Part shown: piece by piece, positions 1 to 12,059 of the stretch
How positions within the stretch are numbered: the stretch's first letter is position 1
How the letters are laid out: every line of letters starts with the position of its first letter
DNA from: Chiloscyllium plagiosum
Lineage: Eukaryota
Assembly (NCBI RefSeq): GCF_004010195.1
Contig: NC_057719.1
Coordinates: 33,081,671 to 33,101,670 of the forward strand
Length of the DNA stretch: 20,000 bases
Direction: 5' to 3'
Program-made: the position numbers and the translations under genes
Notes under the pieces: generated by a model
Seen by the model: only the letters and a program-made list of their open reading frames with translations
Told to the model about the DNA's origin: nothing
Databases searched by the model: none

Positions 1-642
1 GTATTCTTCCTAGGTGGCTTTTACACTGGCTGACCTCATCTCTCTAAGAAATGCTTTCAATAAGAATCACTTTTACAAAGGTGGATGTTTTTGTTGATGT
101 TTCTTGAATTTTTTAAAGGATACTCTAAATCCAAGTGTAGTCATTAGGTGTTCCATGTAGTTAAACTTCAGCATGAATAAAAATATTCCTATTTATTTCT
201 CAGCCTTTCAATCCATTACTTCTTTTCCATTTTTGAAGTTAATGCAACACAAAAGATTTCAAGTGTGGCAAGGCAGAAGCCTCTCCATTATTCTTAAAAG
301 AAAATCAGTGTGAAATTCACCATTCTAAAATTCATTGACTAGCTTTTCTTTGAATAAACTTAATAGAACTTTTGAGTTGAAACCATAGTAGAAGTTAAAG
401 AATACTATCAATAAATATAGCTGACACATCCTGGAAAATGTATTACTCTGCAACTGCCTGAACTGTATGATCCTGAGAGAAAAGATCAAGAGATCCTGGG
501 CTGGCTTTTGTACTGGGAAATATGGCTACAGTGTTTCTGCTGTCAATATAAACATCAGTGATGCACCGACATAGCACTCAGTGACCCTCAGGCCTTTGAA
601 TGGTCAGCACCTTATCAAAGAAGAAGTCTGGCCTTTGAATAT

Positions 643-3600
643 GGTCCATGTAGGTATCATCGACATAAGTAGAAAGCAGGATAGAAATGTAAGGCAGGAT
701 TTCAGGGAGTTCGGGTGGAAGCTGAGAGCTAGAACAAACAGAGTTGTTATCTCTGGTTTGTTACCTGCACCATGTGATAGCGAGGCAAGAAATAGGCAGA
801 AATATCAACTGAACACATGGCTGAAGGGATGGTGCAGGAGAGAGGGTTTCAGGTACATGGATAATTGGGGCTCATTCTGGGGAAGGTGGGACCTCTACAA
901 ACATAACGGTCTTCACTTGAACCAGAGGGGTACCAATATCCTGGGTGGGAAATTTGCTGGTGCTATTCGGGTGGGTTTAAATGAGCTCAATAGGGGGATA
1001 GTTCCAGTGCACAGGAGGATGAGAGTAGGGAGGGCATGGACAGGATTTCACAGCCACAGGAATGTTCTGGCAGACAGAAAGCTGGTTTGAAGTCTGTCTG
1101 CTTCAACAGCAGAAGTATCTGAAATAAGGAAGGTGAGCTTGCAGCATGCATAGGTACCTGGGACTTCAATGTTGTGGCCATTTCAGAGACATGGATAAAG
1201 CAGGGTCAGAAACAGATGTTGTAGGATCCAAGGTTTAGATCTTGCGTTAAGAACAGGGAAGTTAGTAAAAGAGGGAGAGGTGTAGTTTTGTTAGTCAAGG
1301 ACAATATAACGGTGGCTGAAAGAACTTTTGACAAGGACTTGTCTACTGAGGTCGTATGGGTTGAGGTTAGAAAAGGAGAGGAGAGGTCACATTGTTGGGA
1401 GTTTTTTATTGGCCTCCGCAGAGTTCCAGGGATGTGGAGGAGAGGATCAGCAAAACGATTCTGGGTGGGAATGAAAGAAACAGGGTGGTCATTATGGGGA
1501 CTTTAACTTACCCAACATTGACTGGAAATGCTATAAATTTAATATGTCGGATGGATCAGTTTTTGTCCAATGTGTTGTAGGAGGGTTTCCTGACACAGTA
1601 TGTCAAAGGGCCAACAAGAGGGAAGGCCGCACTGGATCTGATGCTTGGTAATGAACCGAGCCAGGTGTTTAATTTAGTGGTGGGTGAGTACTTTGGAAAG
1701 AATGATCATAATTCAGTTATGTTTATATTAGCGATGGAAAGGAATAGGTACATACCCCAGGGCAAGAGTTATAGATGGAGGAAGAGCAATTATAATGCAG
1801 TTAGGCAAGACTTCGGATGCATAGAATGGGGTAGCAAAATGCAGGGGATGGGGAAAATTTAAATATGGAGCTAGTTTAAGGAACAGATATTGCGTGTCCT
1901 TGATAGGTATGTCCCTGTTAGGCAGGGAGGATGTGATAAGGTAAGGGAACCGTGATTTATGAAAGAAATTGCATCTCTTGTTAAGCAGAAGGAGGCTTAT
2001 GTGATGATGAGACAAGATGGTTCAGATGAGACAATGGAGAGATACAGATTAGCTCGGAAGGATTTAAAGAGATAGTTTAGAAGAGCAAAGAGAGGACATG
2101 AGCAGTCTTTAGCAAATAGAATAAAGGAGAACACTAAAGCTTTCTATATGTGAGGAATAAAAGGATGACTAGGGTAGGAATAGGGACAGTCAACGACAGA
2201 TGTGGGAAGTTGGGTGTGGATCCTGTGGAGATTAGAGAGGTGCTAAACGAACATTTCTCATCAGTTTTCACTCAGGAAAAGGAGAATATTGTAGAGGAGA
2301 AGAATGAGATACGGGATCTTAGACTAGAAAGGATTGAGGTTAGTTACGAAGAAGAGTTATCAATTCTGGAAGGAGTGAAAGTAGACAAATCCCTGGGCCA
2401 GATGGGATTTATCTGAGGATTCTCTGGGAAGCTAGATAGGAGATATTTGAGTCATCATTGTCTACGGGTTTGGTACCAGAGGACTGGAGGATTGCAAATG
2501 TGTGCCTTTGTTCAAGAAGGGCAGTAGAGATGACCCAGGAAATTATAGACCAGTGGGCCTTACATCTGTTGTAGGAAATGTTTTGGAAAGGATTATAAGA
2601 GATAGGATTTATAATCATCTAGGAAACAACAAGTTGATTGCAGATAGTCAATATGGTTTTGTTACGTGCAGGTCATGTCTCACAAACCTCTTTGAGTTTT
2701 TTGAGGTGACCAAGTATGTAGATGAGGGTAGGGCAGTTGACATGGTATACATAGACTTCGGTAAAGCCTTTGATAAGGTTCCACATGGAAGGCTGTTGGA
2801 CAAAATGCAGAGGCATGGGATTTAGGGTGATTTAGCAGTTTGGATTAGGAACTGGCTTTCTGTAAGAAGGCAGCGAGTGGTGGTTAATGGAAAATATTCA
2901 GCCTGGAGTCCAGTTACTAGTGGTGTGCCATAAGGATCTGTTTTGGGACCACTGCTGTTTGTCATATTTATAAATGACTTAGATGCAGGCCTTGGTGGAT
3001 GGATTAGTAAGTTTGCAGATGACACTAAAGTCGATGGAGCAGTGGACAGTGTGGAAGAATGTTGCAGGTTGCAGGGAGACTTGGATAAACTGCAGGATTG
3101 GGCTGAGAGGTGGCAAATGGAGTTTAATGCAGATAAATATGAGGTGCCCAGGTTGATAGTGCTGTTAAGAAGGCATTAGATGTGTTAGGTTTTATTGGTA
3201 AAGGGATTGCGTTCCAGAGCTGTAATGTCAGGCTGCAACTATAAAAAATGCTTGTGCAGCCGCACTTGGAATATTATGTACAGTTCTGGTCGCCCCATTA
3301 CAGGAAGGATGTGGAAGCATTGGAAAAGGTGCAGAGGAGATTTACCAGGATGTTGCCTGGTCTGGAGGGAAGGTCTTATGAGGAAAGGCTGAGAGATTTG
3401 GGTCAGTTCTCATTGAAAGGAAGAAGGCTAAGAGAGGATTTGATAGAGACATAAAAGATGATCAGGTGATTAGATAGGATAGAAAGTGAAAGGATGATGA
3501 AATCAGCTTGTACGAGGGGGCATCACTACAAATTAAGGGGTGATAGATGTAAGACAGATGTCAGAGGCAGATTCTTTACTCAGAGAGTGGTAAGGGTGTG

Positions 3601-3777
3601 GAATGCCCTGCCTGCCAATGTAGTTAACTCAGCCACATTAGGGAAATTTAAACAATCCTTGGATAAGCACATGGGTGATGATGGGATAGTGTAGGGGGAT
3701 GAGCTTAGGTTAATTCACAGGTTGATGCAACGTCGAGGGCCGAAGGGCCTGTTCTGTGCTATTCTGTTCTATGTTCT
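643..3777 (+). mobile_element. 5'-truncated, decayed CR1-clade LINE (ORF1 esterase end, ORF2 APE-RT, 3' tail)
   Basis: ORF1 SGNH-esterase-like motifs (VHVGIIDI, VVISGLLP, NGLHLNQRGT). ORF2 fragments: PLFKKGSRDDPGNYRPVGLTS, DFGKAFDKVPH, GPLLFVIFINDL, KFADDTK (FADD at 3012-3023), [25 protein letters not shown]. Many stops and frameshifts. 3' tail GGGCCGAAGGGCCTGTTCTGTGCT..TTCTATGTTCT. Possible TSD AATAT at 638-642 and 3778-3782. Confidence 0.95.
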
Positions 3778-3782
3778 AATAT

Positions 3783-4250
3783 CTCCACCAAATAGTCCCA
3801 CCAATGCTATTAGGAATTATGGCCACTTCTGAAATTGCACCTCGTTACGAAAAGACATTGATGACAGAGCCTCGATTCTCTGTCCATCTGGGGTCTTGCC
3901 AGGGTCAAGTTGGCAAGTCTCAGAAACAGATTTTTTTTTAAAATGGGGATGCTGAGGCTACACTTGACAAGTCTTGGAGGAAACGAAACCTCGTAGCATG
4001 GAGAGGAAATCTGGTGGGAATACCTTGAAAGTGTCCTCTATTGTGTATTTGGGAACACAAAGCTCTGCTCACATAAGAATCATCTGGCATCCTAAATACT
4101 TAATATGGACCTCCCAATTAAGGGAAAATCCCAAAGGTGGTAGGAGGAGTGCCTTATATGACCACATACCTAAGAGCCTCAACTGAACCATAGGTGAGCA
4201 TCTGATGCCTATTCGTCATGGATAAAAGACCTATGAAAGCGATGAAGTGA
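3783..4250 (+). mobile_element. Possible very old RTE-type LINE remnant (may continue left of the CR1 at about 480-642)
   Basis: Weak peptide resemblance to an RTE ORF C-terminus (KDIDDR.., HPKYLIW..RENPKGGRRSALYDHIPKSL). Recognised by eye only. Confidence 0.3.
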
Positions 4251-4438
4251 CAGTGCAATAGCAGTTTTACAACCCTTCCTCTCTGTCACCCCAGCCTCAG
4301 GGAAAGTGTAAAGCTTAGAAAATCATCTCGGCTGAGAATTAACACTAACTGAAGCCCATACCTTCAGTAAAGACTGAGCATTTCAGGTATAAGCAATCTT
4401 AATTTTAATCAAAAAAAATGAAATTACATAAAAGCAGT

Positions 4439-5755
4439 TCAATGAACAAATCTAATTCCTGCTTTTGTGAATAAAATGCCGTTTTTAAAAAATGTTAAAT
4501 TTATTTAAAGCCTTAATTATTGAAATCACTAGTGCTTAAAAGGGGAGAAACTCTTAAAAATTAAAAAAGAAAACATTTAAGGGTGTGGAAAATTTATGAA
4601 TGTACAACAGAATCAGAATTATGATTTTATCCAAGTGTTTTCTGATATATGTGCAAAATATTGGAAATGATAATGACAAAAGCTGATGTGAAATGTCTGT
4701 CAGAAACATAACAATGGTAAGACAAGTGAGAAAAACAGAAAGGCATGTCTGCACAGACATTATGAATTTAAAGTTATTATGGACAGACTGTTCATTACAC
4801 TAATAGATTAGCATAACAACAAATGAATTAATCAATACTATTTTAAAAAATGGTTTGTGCTAATTCATCAAAATACAGGATGACTCCAAATTTCCAAAGG
4901 CATTAGAATGAATATCGAGGGATTTTCACTCAAGTCAGGAGCACGAACGTCAAGAAAATTCCTGACTCCACAAACCCAACCAGGGAGAAAATGGTTGGAA
5001 CATCTATCAAATGTTCTTAAAAGAAGTAGATGCAAAAAAAAAGGGGCATTGGTCAAAATGTTCCAGAAAATACTGGATTCTGGGAGCATTCCAGCATCAA
5101 TGAACAAATCTAATTCCTGCTTTTGTGAATAAAATGCCGTTTTTAAAAAATGTTAAATTTATTTAAAGCCTTAATTATTGAAATCACTAGTGCTTAAAAG
5201 GGGGGAAGCTCTTAAAAATTAAAAAAGAAAACATTTAAGGGTTGTGAAAAATTTGTGAATGTACAACAGAATCAGAATTATGAATTTATCCAAGTGTTTT
5301 CTGATATATGTGCAAAATATTGGAAATGATAATGACAAAAGCTGATGTGAAATGTCTGTCAGAAACATAACAATGGTAAGACAAGTGAGAAAAACAGAAA
5401 AGCATGTCTGCACAGACATTATGAATTTAAAGTTATTATGGACAGACTGTTAATTACACTAATAGATTAGCATAACAACAAATGAATTAATCAATACTAT
5501 TTTAAAAAATCGTTTGTGCTAATTCATCAAAATACAGGATGACCCCAATTTTCCAAAGGCATTAGAATGAATATTGAGGGATTTTCACTCAAGTCAGGAG
5601 CACAAACGTCAAGAAAATTCCTGACTCCACAAACCCAACCAGGGAGAAAATGGTTGGAACATCTATCAAATGTTCTTAAAAGAAGTAGATGCAAAAAAAA
5701 GGGGGCATTGGTCAAAATGTTCCAGAAAATACTGGATTCTGGGAGCATTCCAGCA
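4439..5755 (+). repeat. Direct tandem duplication, units 4439-5096 and 5097-5755
   Basis: Both units start TCAATGAACAAATCTAATTCC and end GGGAGCATTCCAGCA. About 13 substitutions and 1 indel by manual count (~98% identity). Confidence 0.97.
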
Positions 5756-5945
5756 GACTGGAAAATTATTTGCCCATAGTGTTAGATGAAGGAAAAAATG
5801 TAGGGGAATGGGTCTGGGTGGGTTGCGCTTCGGCGGGTCGGTGTGGACTTGTTGGGCTGAAGGGCCTGTTTCCACACTGTAAGTAATCTAATCATTAATG
5901 TGGTGTCCCTGTTCAAGAAGAGAGGGAGATAGAAAACAGGAAACT
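5665..5945 (+). mobile_element. Old CR1 ORF2 fragment interrupted by a SINE (its 5' part is also duplicated at ~5005-5096)
   Basis: VLKEVDA..ALVKMFQKILDSGSIPADWKI-[insert]-INVVSLFKKRGR*KTGN matches the CR1 pre-RT motif. Confidence 0.8.
5771..5893 (+). mobile_element. 5'-truncated HE1-like SINE (3' half)
   Basis: Matches the 3' half of the SINE at 15074-15371 (TGCCCATAGTGTTAG...GGGCCTGTTTCCACACTGTAAGTAATCTAATC). Possible ATT TSD. Confidence 0.88.
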
Positions 5946-6460
5946 TTTGTCTTCCACTCTCCCAAAGGAGTCCCTGCACCTAGTCAAAGGACACCCTATA
6001 TATCCAACTAGGCCCCAGACTTATCCTTTGCCTCTTCAAGAAACTTCAATACATTTAAACACATTGAAAAGTATAAAGGAGAATGGAAGAATTAAGTGCC
6101 CTTTGGGATTATTAAGAGCAGACATGGATAAATTCATTGAAACTGTAATGTTCATTATAACTGTCAAAGGTTTCAATCTCCTGCCCTTTAATTTAAAAAA
6201 AAGTCATGTCTTAGAATATCATTAATGCAAATTGTATCTACTGGAAGGCAGCTGTCTCTGTATAAAACACATGTCCAAAATATGACCTGCCTTCAATCTC
6301 CTCAATGTCATGGTAGATGCTGGATACAGGAGCACTATTTTGGCCATATCAGAAGTCTCCTCCCTGTGAAAATTCAGGTTTATATTTTATACCCACTTTT
6401 TGTATTTGTGAAAATGTTTGTTGCTTCATTAATTTTCTGGTTAGAGACAGATAATGAGGA

Positions 6461-7130
6461 GAGTCTAGATTAGACCTGCACATCCCCCAATGTAATTGAT
6501 TGTATCCATTGCTCCCAATGTGGTATCCTTTACATTGAGAAGGCTAGACGCCTTCTCACTGAGTTCGTTAGGGATCATCTCCAGGACACCAGCACCAATC
6601 AACCCAACTGCCCAACATTTCAACTCCCTCTCCCAATCTGCCAAGGACATGCAGGTCTTGGGCCTCCTCCACCGCCACTCCCTCACCACACGATGCCTGG
6701 AGGAAGAAAGCCTCATCTTCTGCCTCGGAACCCTTCAGCCACAGGGCATCAATGTGGACTTCACCAGTTTCCTCATTTCCCCTCCCCCCACCTTACCCCA
6801 GCTCCAACCTTCCAGCTCAGCACCATCCTCATGACCTGTCCTACCTGCCAATCTTCCTTCCCACCTTTCCACTCCAACCTCCTCTCTGACCTATTACCTT
6901 CATCCCCACCTCAATCCACCTATTGTACTCTTGGCTACCTTCTGCCCAGCCCCACCCCGCTCCCGTTTATCTCTCCACCCCGGAGGCTCCCTGCCTTCAT
7001 TCCTGATGAGGGGCTTTTGCCCAAAATGTCGATTTTCCTGTTCGTCGGATGCTGCCTGACCTGCTGTGCTTTTCCAGCACCACTGTAATCTAGACTCTGA
7101 TCTCCAGCATCTGCAGTCCTCACTTTTGCC
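6461..7130 (+). mobile_element. 5'-truncated Penelope-like element (GIY-YIG end + 3' terminal repeat)
   Basis: CTSPNVIDCIHCSQCGILYI and AQHFNSLSQS..EEESLIFCLGTLQPQGINVDF. 14 bp TSD ACAGATAATGAGGA at 6447-6460 and 7131-7144. Confidence 0.93.
6999..7034 (+). ncRNA. Degenerate minimal hammerhead ribozyme motif
   Basis: CTGATGA (7003-7009) G GGGC TTTT GCCC AAAA TGTC. The GAAA box is mutated to AAAA, so it is likely inactive. Confidence 0.65.
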
Positions 7131-8479
7131 ACAGATAATGAGGATACCATAGTTTCTATTTTTATTATAAAATAAACTTATGTTAGATCTTCAACATGGT
7201 AAAATTATGTTAAGTATATGTCTTGTATCAACACAGAAGCCTAGCATCAAGAGCCTGCAGAATGAAGACTGTAGTCACATATATTAAAAATGCAGCAAAT
7301 AGTTTTTTTCAATCTGAGGCAATGTCTCAGCAAATTATCAAGACACACTCTTTTACCACTATAGGATGTGGTGTGTAGCTTCCATGCCAATTACACAATT
7401 GGCAGGAGGGTAAAAAGCATGAGTGTGGAATTTTACAAATGCTGAATTGTAGATTGGAATCCCTGCAAATTATATGTGATGATTCAGCCTCTTTGCAGTT
7501 GATGAAGTGCCTGCCACCAAACAATGCCTGACAAGGCAATACGGAGAAATCAAAGTTTGCCTTCATCTGGTCCTGGTACTACTTTGCGAAAAAATCAGTA
7601 ATCTAAAGAAGATTTGCACAGCTCATTCAGTCATTTCCACGCTGTAATGTAGAGGAATATGTGCAGAGCGAATAATGTTTCTGAGTTACAATAGTCATTA
7701 ACTACTGTTCAAAATGTTCTATTTAATGGAATCTATTGAACACCATACAAAATAGACTTTCAGCCACAATGCTAAAAGGTTTTATCATAAAATTGGGAAG
7801 TAAAAATAACAGGGGTTGATTCAGGCAAGTCAGCTAACACAACGGAGTGTATCCTTCTGAGAACGAGCTCCAACTGGTATCTCAATGTCATGTTGCAACT
7901 TTCATTGCAACTGAGCCCGTGACATCTGATGCAGGAGCACCAGCACAGCATGAAAGAAAATATTTTATTTTCCCGCTCAGTCTTCATCACCATCAAAAAT
8001 ACACAGAAGCATCACATATTAATTGCACAACCTACATCAATATGCCACAGAAAGACTGCAAATTCTATTGAGCGAAGGGAAACCCAAAGTAAAAATAGTT
8101 CTGGATGTTGATAACTGATGATCAGCTTGATATATTGCAAGCTGATTAATTAAACTGACAAAAACTTTATCAAGATCACATCAGTAGGCTTAGGACAATC
8201 TAAATTCATAGCAATCACTTGCATTACATTAACTGCTGTGCTTGCAGCTCATTGGTATATACATTTTAGATTAAGATTAAAACATTGGGTATAAATTGCA
8301 AGACAAAAATGCAAGAAATCTCACAGCACTTCAAGCAAATTTGTGAAAAATATAATTTCCCTTTGTGTTTCTTCTGATGTGTTACTTTAAAATTATCAAA
8401 GGGCACAAACTATCCACAGAAAAATGCTTAATTTGACAAATAGTTCCTGACAGTGTTTAGCAAACTGCTATATCATGAA

Positions 8480-8587
8480 CACTGAATTCAAATTTTCAAA
8501 TTATCGACTGGGATTTGAACTCACGGTCTCTGTCTTATTAGTCCATACTTCATACAGCTGATAACATAAACAGAATACTACCGTGCC
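8480..8587 (-). mobile_element. Old tRNA-derived SINE head
   Basis: Minus strand reads GGCACGGTAG...GGACTAATAAGACAGAGACCGTGAGTTCAAATCCCAGTC (B-box-like GTTCAAATCC). Confidence 0.55.
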
Positions 8588-9128
8588 TAGAAGTTTGGGT
8601 ATTTTGTTGCTGCCCAGGAAGGTGGGGGGCCTACAGGAATATGACGAGGTTGAGGAGCAGGAGGCAGTGGGGTGGGAGATCAGTCTAGAATGGACCTCAG
8701 GATAAAGGCATCAGTAAGAGTGGAGAGATGACAAGTGCAGAGGTGGCAGCAGAAAAGGAAGTAAGTGTAGGGACAGCAAACGAGGTAGGGAAATGATTTA
8801 GAGAAAGAGACTAAGGCATCCATGCTAGCTCATTTTTAACCAAGGACACATTTTTCAACTTTCACTGTAGTGACCATCAGCAGAGGTAACCACAACAAAG
8901 AAGATTTTAAAATATTTATAAAGTCTACATTGAATTAACATTTTCTGCATTTTAAACTGTATTAAAGTAATTCATTGCAGGTAGCCTTGTTTATTAACTA
9001 ATGTGCTATTTTTACATTTTACAGTAAAAACCAGATATAGCAATATCTGAACTAGTAAGGTTCTGAACTTGTAATCTAAAGGCCTGGAATAAGCATCTCA
9101 AGATGTTGAAATCTATATTCTCCTAGTA

Positions 9129-9211
9129 CAGGTTCACAATCCTTTATCCGAAATTCTGAAATCCAAAAAACAACTGGTCTCAAGGATTTCGGATAAAGGA
9201 TTGTGTACGTG
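9129..9211. mobile_element. 83 bp MITE, Tc1/mariner-pogo (Tigger-like) type
   Basis: 26 bp TIRs CAGGTTCACAATCCTTTATCCGAAAT (9129-9154) and 9186-9211, 24/26 complementary. Flanked by TA at 9127-9128 and 9212-9213. Confidence 0.85.
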
Positions 9212-9559
9212 TATCTGCTTTTGATATGCTCTGTGTTGGCTTTCACATGCGTCTTTATAATGTTTGAATGTTACAAAGTAACTGGATCTGTTGCTCTCTT
9301 GGGATAGGGTTATTTTTCTTCTCTCAGAATCTGAGTATCTTTCTGGTTTTTGTTTCGGGCACAATTTGAATGGATTTCTCCAAAATTAAATCTTGCTTGT
9401 ATATTAAATAAAACTGACAAAAACTCATAAATAATCTCCATTGTGACAGTTTTCCGGTTACCTTTTTGCGGAGAGAACTGAGCCCCGGTGTAGCGCAACT
9501 TATCTTGGTGCAGCTGAATGCTAGTGCAGAATGGACGAAAGGCTTGGAGCGGAGTGTAA

Positions 9560-9848
9560 CAATTGTTGGACTGGGGCCTGGCCCAGGCGGTCAGACTATG
9601 TGCTGAGATGTTACTATTTGAAATTCTTTACTGGACTTTAATATCAATCCTTTTACTACGTTATAACTATTTTGTTTCTAACTTCTTTTTTAAACACTGC
9701 AAGGTACTTTTTCTTTTATTCCTCTTTTGTATCCAAGATTTGAATCTAAAATGGTGCCTTAAAGGCAGCCATTGTAAAAACCTTTCAATGTACAGCTGTA
9801 CTTCTATACTGGAGTCCATGTGACAATAAAGGATATTCTATTCTATCT
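9560..9848 (+). mobile_element. Non-LTR retroelement 3' tail fragment, family uncertain
   Basis: Ends ATGTGACAATAAA followed by ATTCT-type microsatellite tail. The left boundary is approximate. Confidence 0.5.
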
Positions 9849-9902
9849 ATAGTGAGAATTAATGAAATTGAAATTCCTCTGTAAGGCAAAATCTTCTGGT
9901 AA

Positions 9903-10065
9903 ATTTGATTTGATTTATTATTGTCACATGTACCTAGGTACAGTGAAAAGTTTTGTTTTGTGGGCAGTACAGGCAGCTCATACCACACAAAGATCACAGG
10001 GTGATTCTACAGAGTGAGAAATAAAATGTTACTCCTACAAAAAAGGTGCACAAAAAGCAAAATTA
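9903..10065 (-). mobile_element. LINE-like 3' tail fragment, tail-to-tail with the previous one
   Basis: Minus strand ends ACTTTTCACTGTACCTAGGTACATGTGACAATAATAAATCAAATCAAAT. Confidence 0.55.
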
Positions 10066-10767
10066 ACATTTGGTTTGAAAATTGAAACACTCTTGACCAT
10101 CTCCACCTCAGCACCATTGATGTTGCTCATTGAAGAATTATATATGGTCTCAGACTGAAGTAATTATCAAATATTTTAAAAACTTTATCACAAAACTTTA
10201 TCTTAAATATATATTTATTTTTATATTCTGGCGTCACCTAAGGACCTGTCTAACTAAAAATGATAGAGGATAAGCCACTATAGAGTTTTAAGAAGAGACA
10301 CTTGTCTTACATAACAAGGTGCAGTTAATTTCATAAAGCTATAGGTAGAATTAACATCAACTAGTTATGCATTATACAATTATCAGGAGTTAAATATGTT
10401 ATATATGTTTTATTCAAGACATAGTACAAAATGAACTGTTCCTCTACGAAACATAATCAGATCAGATGGTGTTCATTATAGCTTAGCACTAATTCTCTCA
10501 CATCCATTAACTTAAACAACAAAGAAGAAAGATAAATAGTAGGATATGTTGATAGGGTTAGAGAGGAATTATCTATTTCTGAACTGTGACTTCTACATAT
10601 TTATATGCAGCCGTATAAGGTATACTTGTTTTATGATAAATTCCAAGATTTAACACTGAATTTAATTCCGTGGGTAAAAACAATGACTGCAGATGCTAAA
10701 AACCAGAGTCTAGATTAGAGTAGTGCTGGAAAAGCACAGCAGTTCAGGCAGCATTCGAGGAGCAGTA

Positions 10768-10804
10768 AAATCGACATTTCGAGCAAAAGCCCTTCATCAG
10801 GAAT
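10768..10804 (-). ncRNA. Minimal hammerhead ribozyme motif
   Basis: Minus strand: ATTC CTGATGA A GGGC TTTT GCTC GAAA TGTC GATTT. Core boxes intact. Confidence 0.72.
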
Positions 10805-10855
10805 ACAGGTAGAGAGCTTGAAGGGTGCAGAGATAATTGAGAGGAGGGTGACCGT

Positions 10856-11891
10856 CGCGTTGTTGTGGTTTGGCGGTGGATGAGTCCAATGACCTGCATA
10901 TCCTCGGTGGAGTGGGAGGGGGAGTTGAAATGTTGAGCCACTGGGCGATTTGGTTGATTGGTGCGGGTGTCCCAGAGATGTTCCCTAAAGCGCTCTGCTA
11001 GGAGGAGTCCAGTCTCCCCAATGTAGAGGAGTCCGCATCGGGAGCAACGGATACAACAAATGATATTGGTGGATGTGCAGATAAAATTTTGAGGGATGTG
11101 GAAGGCTCCTTTAGGGCCTTGGATGGAGGTGAGGGAGGAGGTGTGGGCGCAGGCTTTGCAATTCCTGCAGTGGCAGGGGAAGGTGCCAGGATGGGAGGGT
11201 GGGTTGTAGGGAGGCGTGGGCCTGACCAGGTAGTCATGGAGGGAACGGACTTTGCGGAAGGTGGAAAGGGGTGGGGAGGGAAATATATCCCTGGTGGTGG
11301 GGTCTGTTTGGAGGTGGCGGAAATGTCGGCGGATGATTTGGTTTATGCGAAGGTTGGTAGGGTGGAAGGTGAGCACCAGGGGCGTTCTGTCCTTATTACG
11401 GTGGGAGGGGTAGGATCTGAGGGCGGAGGTGCAGGATATGGACGAAATGCGTTGGAGGGCATTTTTAATCACGGGGGAAGGGTAATTGCGGTCTCTAAAG
11501 AAGGAGGCCATCTGATGTGTTCTGTGGAGGAACTGGTCCTCCTGGGAGCAGATACAGCGGAGGCGGAGGAATTTGGAATATGGGATGGCATTTTTGCAGG
11601 AGGTAGGGTGGGAAGAGGTGTAATCCAGGTAGCTGTGGGAGTCGGTGGGTTTGTAAAAAATGTCAGTGTCAAGTCGGTCGTCATTAATGGAGATGGAGAG
11701 GTCCAGGAAGGGGAGGGAAGTGTCAGAGATGGTCCAGGTAAATTTAAGGTCAGGGTGGAATGTGTTGGTGAAGTTGATGAATTGGTCAACCTCCTCGCGG
11801 GAGCGCGAGGTGCCACCAACGCAGTCATCAATGTAGCGGAGGAAGAGGTGGGGAGTGGTGCCTGTGTAATTACGGAAGATGGACTGTTCCA
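10856..11891 (-). pseudogene. Truncated PLE ORF: RT C-terminal half + Cys-rich linker + GIY-YIG endonuclease
   Basis: FLRYIDD, LPFLDL, IFYKPTDSHSYLDYTSSHP, linker FPCHCRNCKACAH, NIICCIRCSRCGLLYIGETG..ERFREH. About 345 codons without a stop, but lacking the N-terminus and native C-terminus. Confidence 0.92.
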
Positions 11892-12059
11892 ATTATCTAT
11901 TTTTCTATCAGTCAGGGCATCTGACTCAGGAAATATATTGCTAGCTGTAAGCTTTGAACATGAACGCGATTGAAGATGAATTAACAAGGTGTGCAAAGAA
12001 TAAACTTAAATTGTTTTAGATCTTAAACACTGAGGCAAAATGAATATTCAAAAACTCAA
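11886..12059 (-). repeat. Inverted copy of 12635-12808 (174 bp)
   Basis: Reverse complement aligns without gaps to 12635-12808 with 6 mismatches by manual count. Confidence 0.96.

Noticed and set aside
591..640. 11 bp direct repeat GGCCTTTGAAT near the CR1 5' end
   Set aside because: Both copies lie on the same side of the element, so it is not its TSD; no supportable function.
4554..5419. Paired hydrophobic 66-70 aa ORFs
   Set aside because: By-products of the tandem duplication of AT-rich DNA; one copy is frameshifted.
10744..11892. 382 aa ORF as an intact gene
   Set aside because: The start codon is created at the truncation junction, the RT N-terminus is missing, and the last ~35 residues come from UTR after a deletion.
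11089..11973. 294 aa Gly/Val-rich plus-strand ORF
   Set aside because: It is the antisense shadow of the C-rich PLE ORF and runs across the chimeric junction; no recognisable domain.
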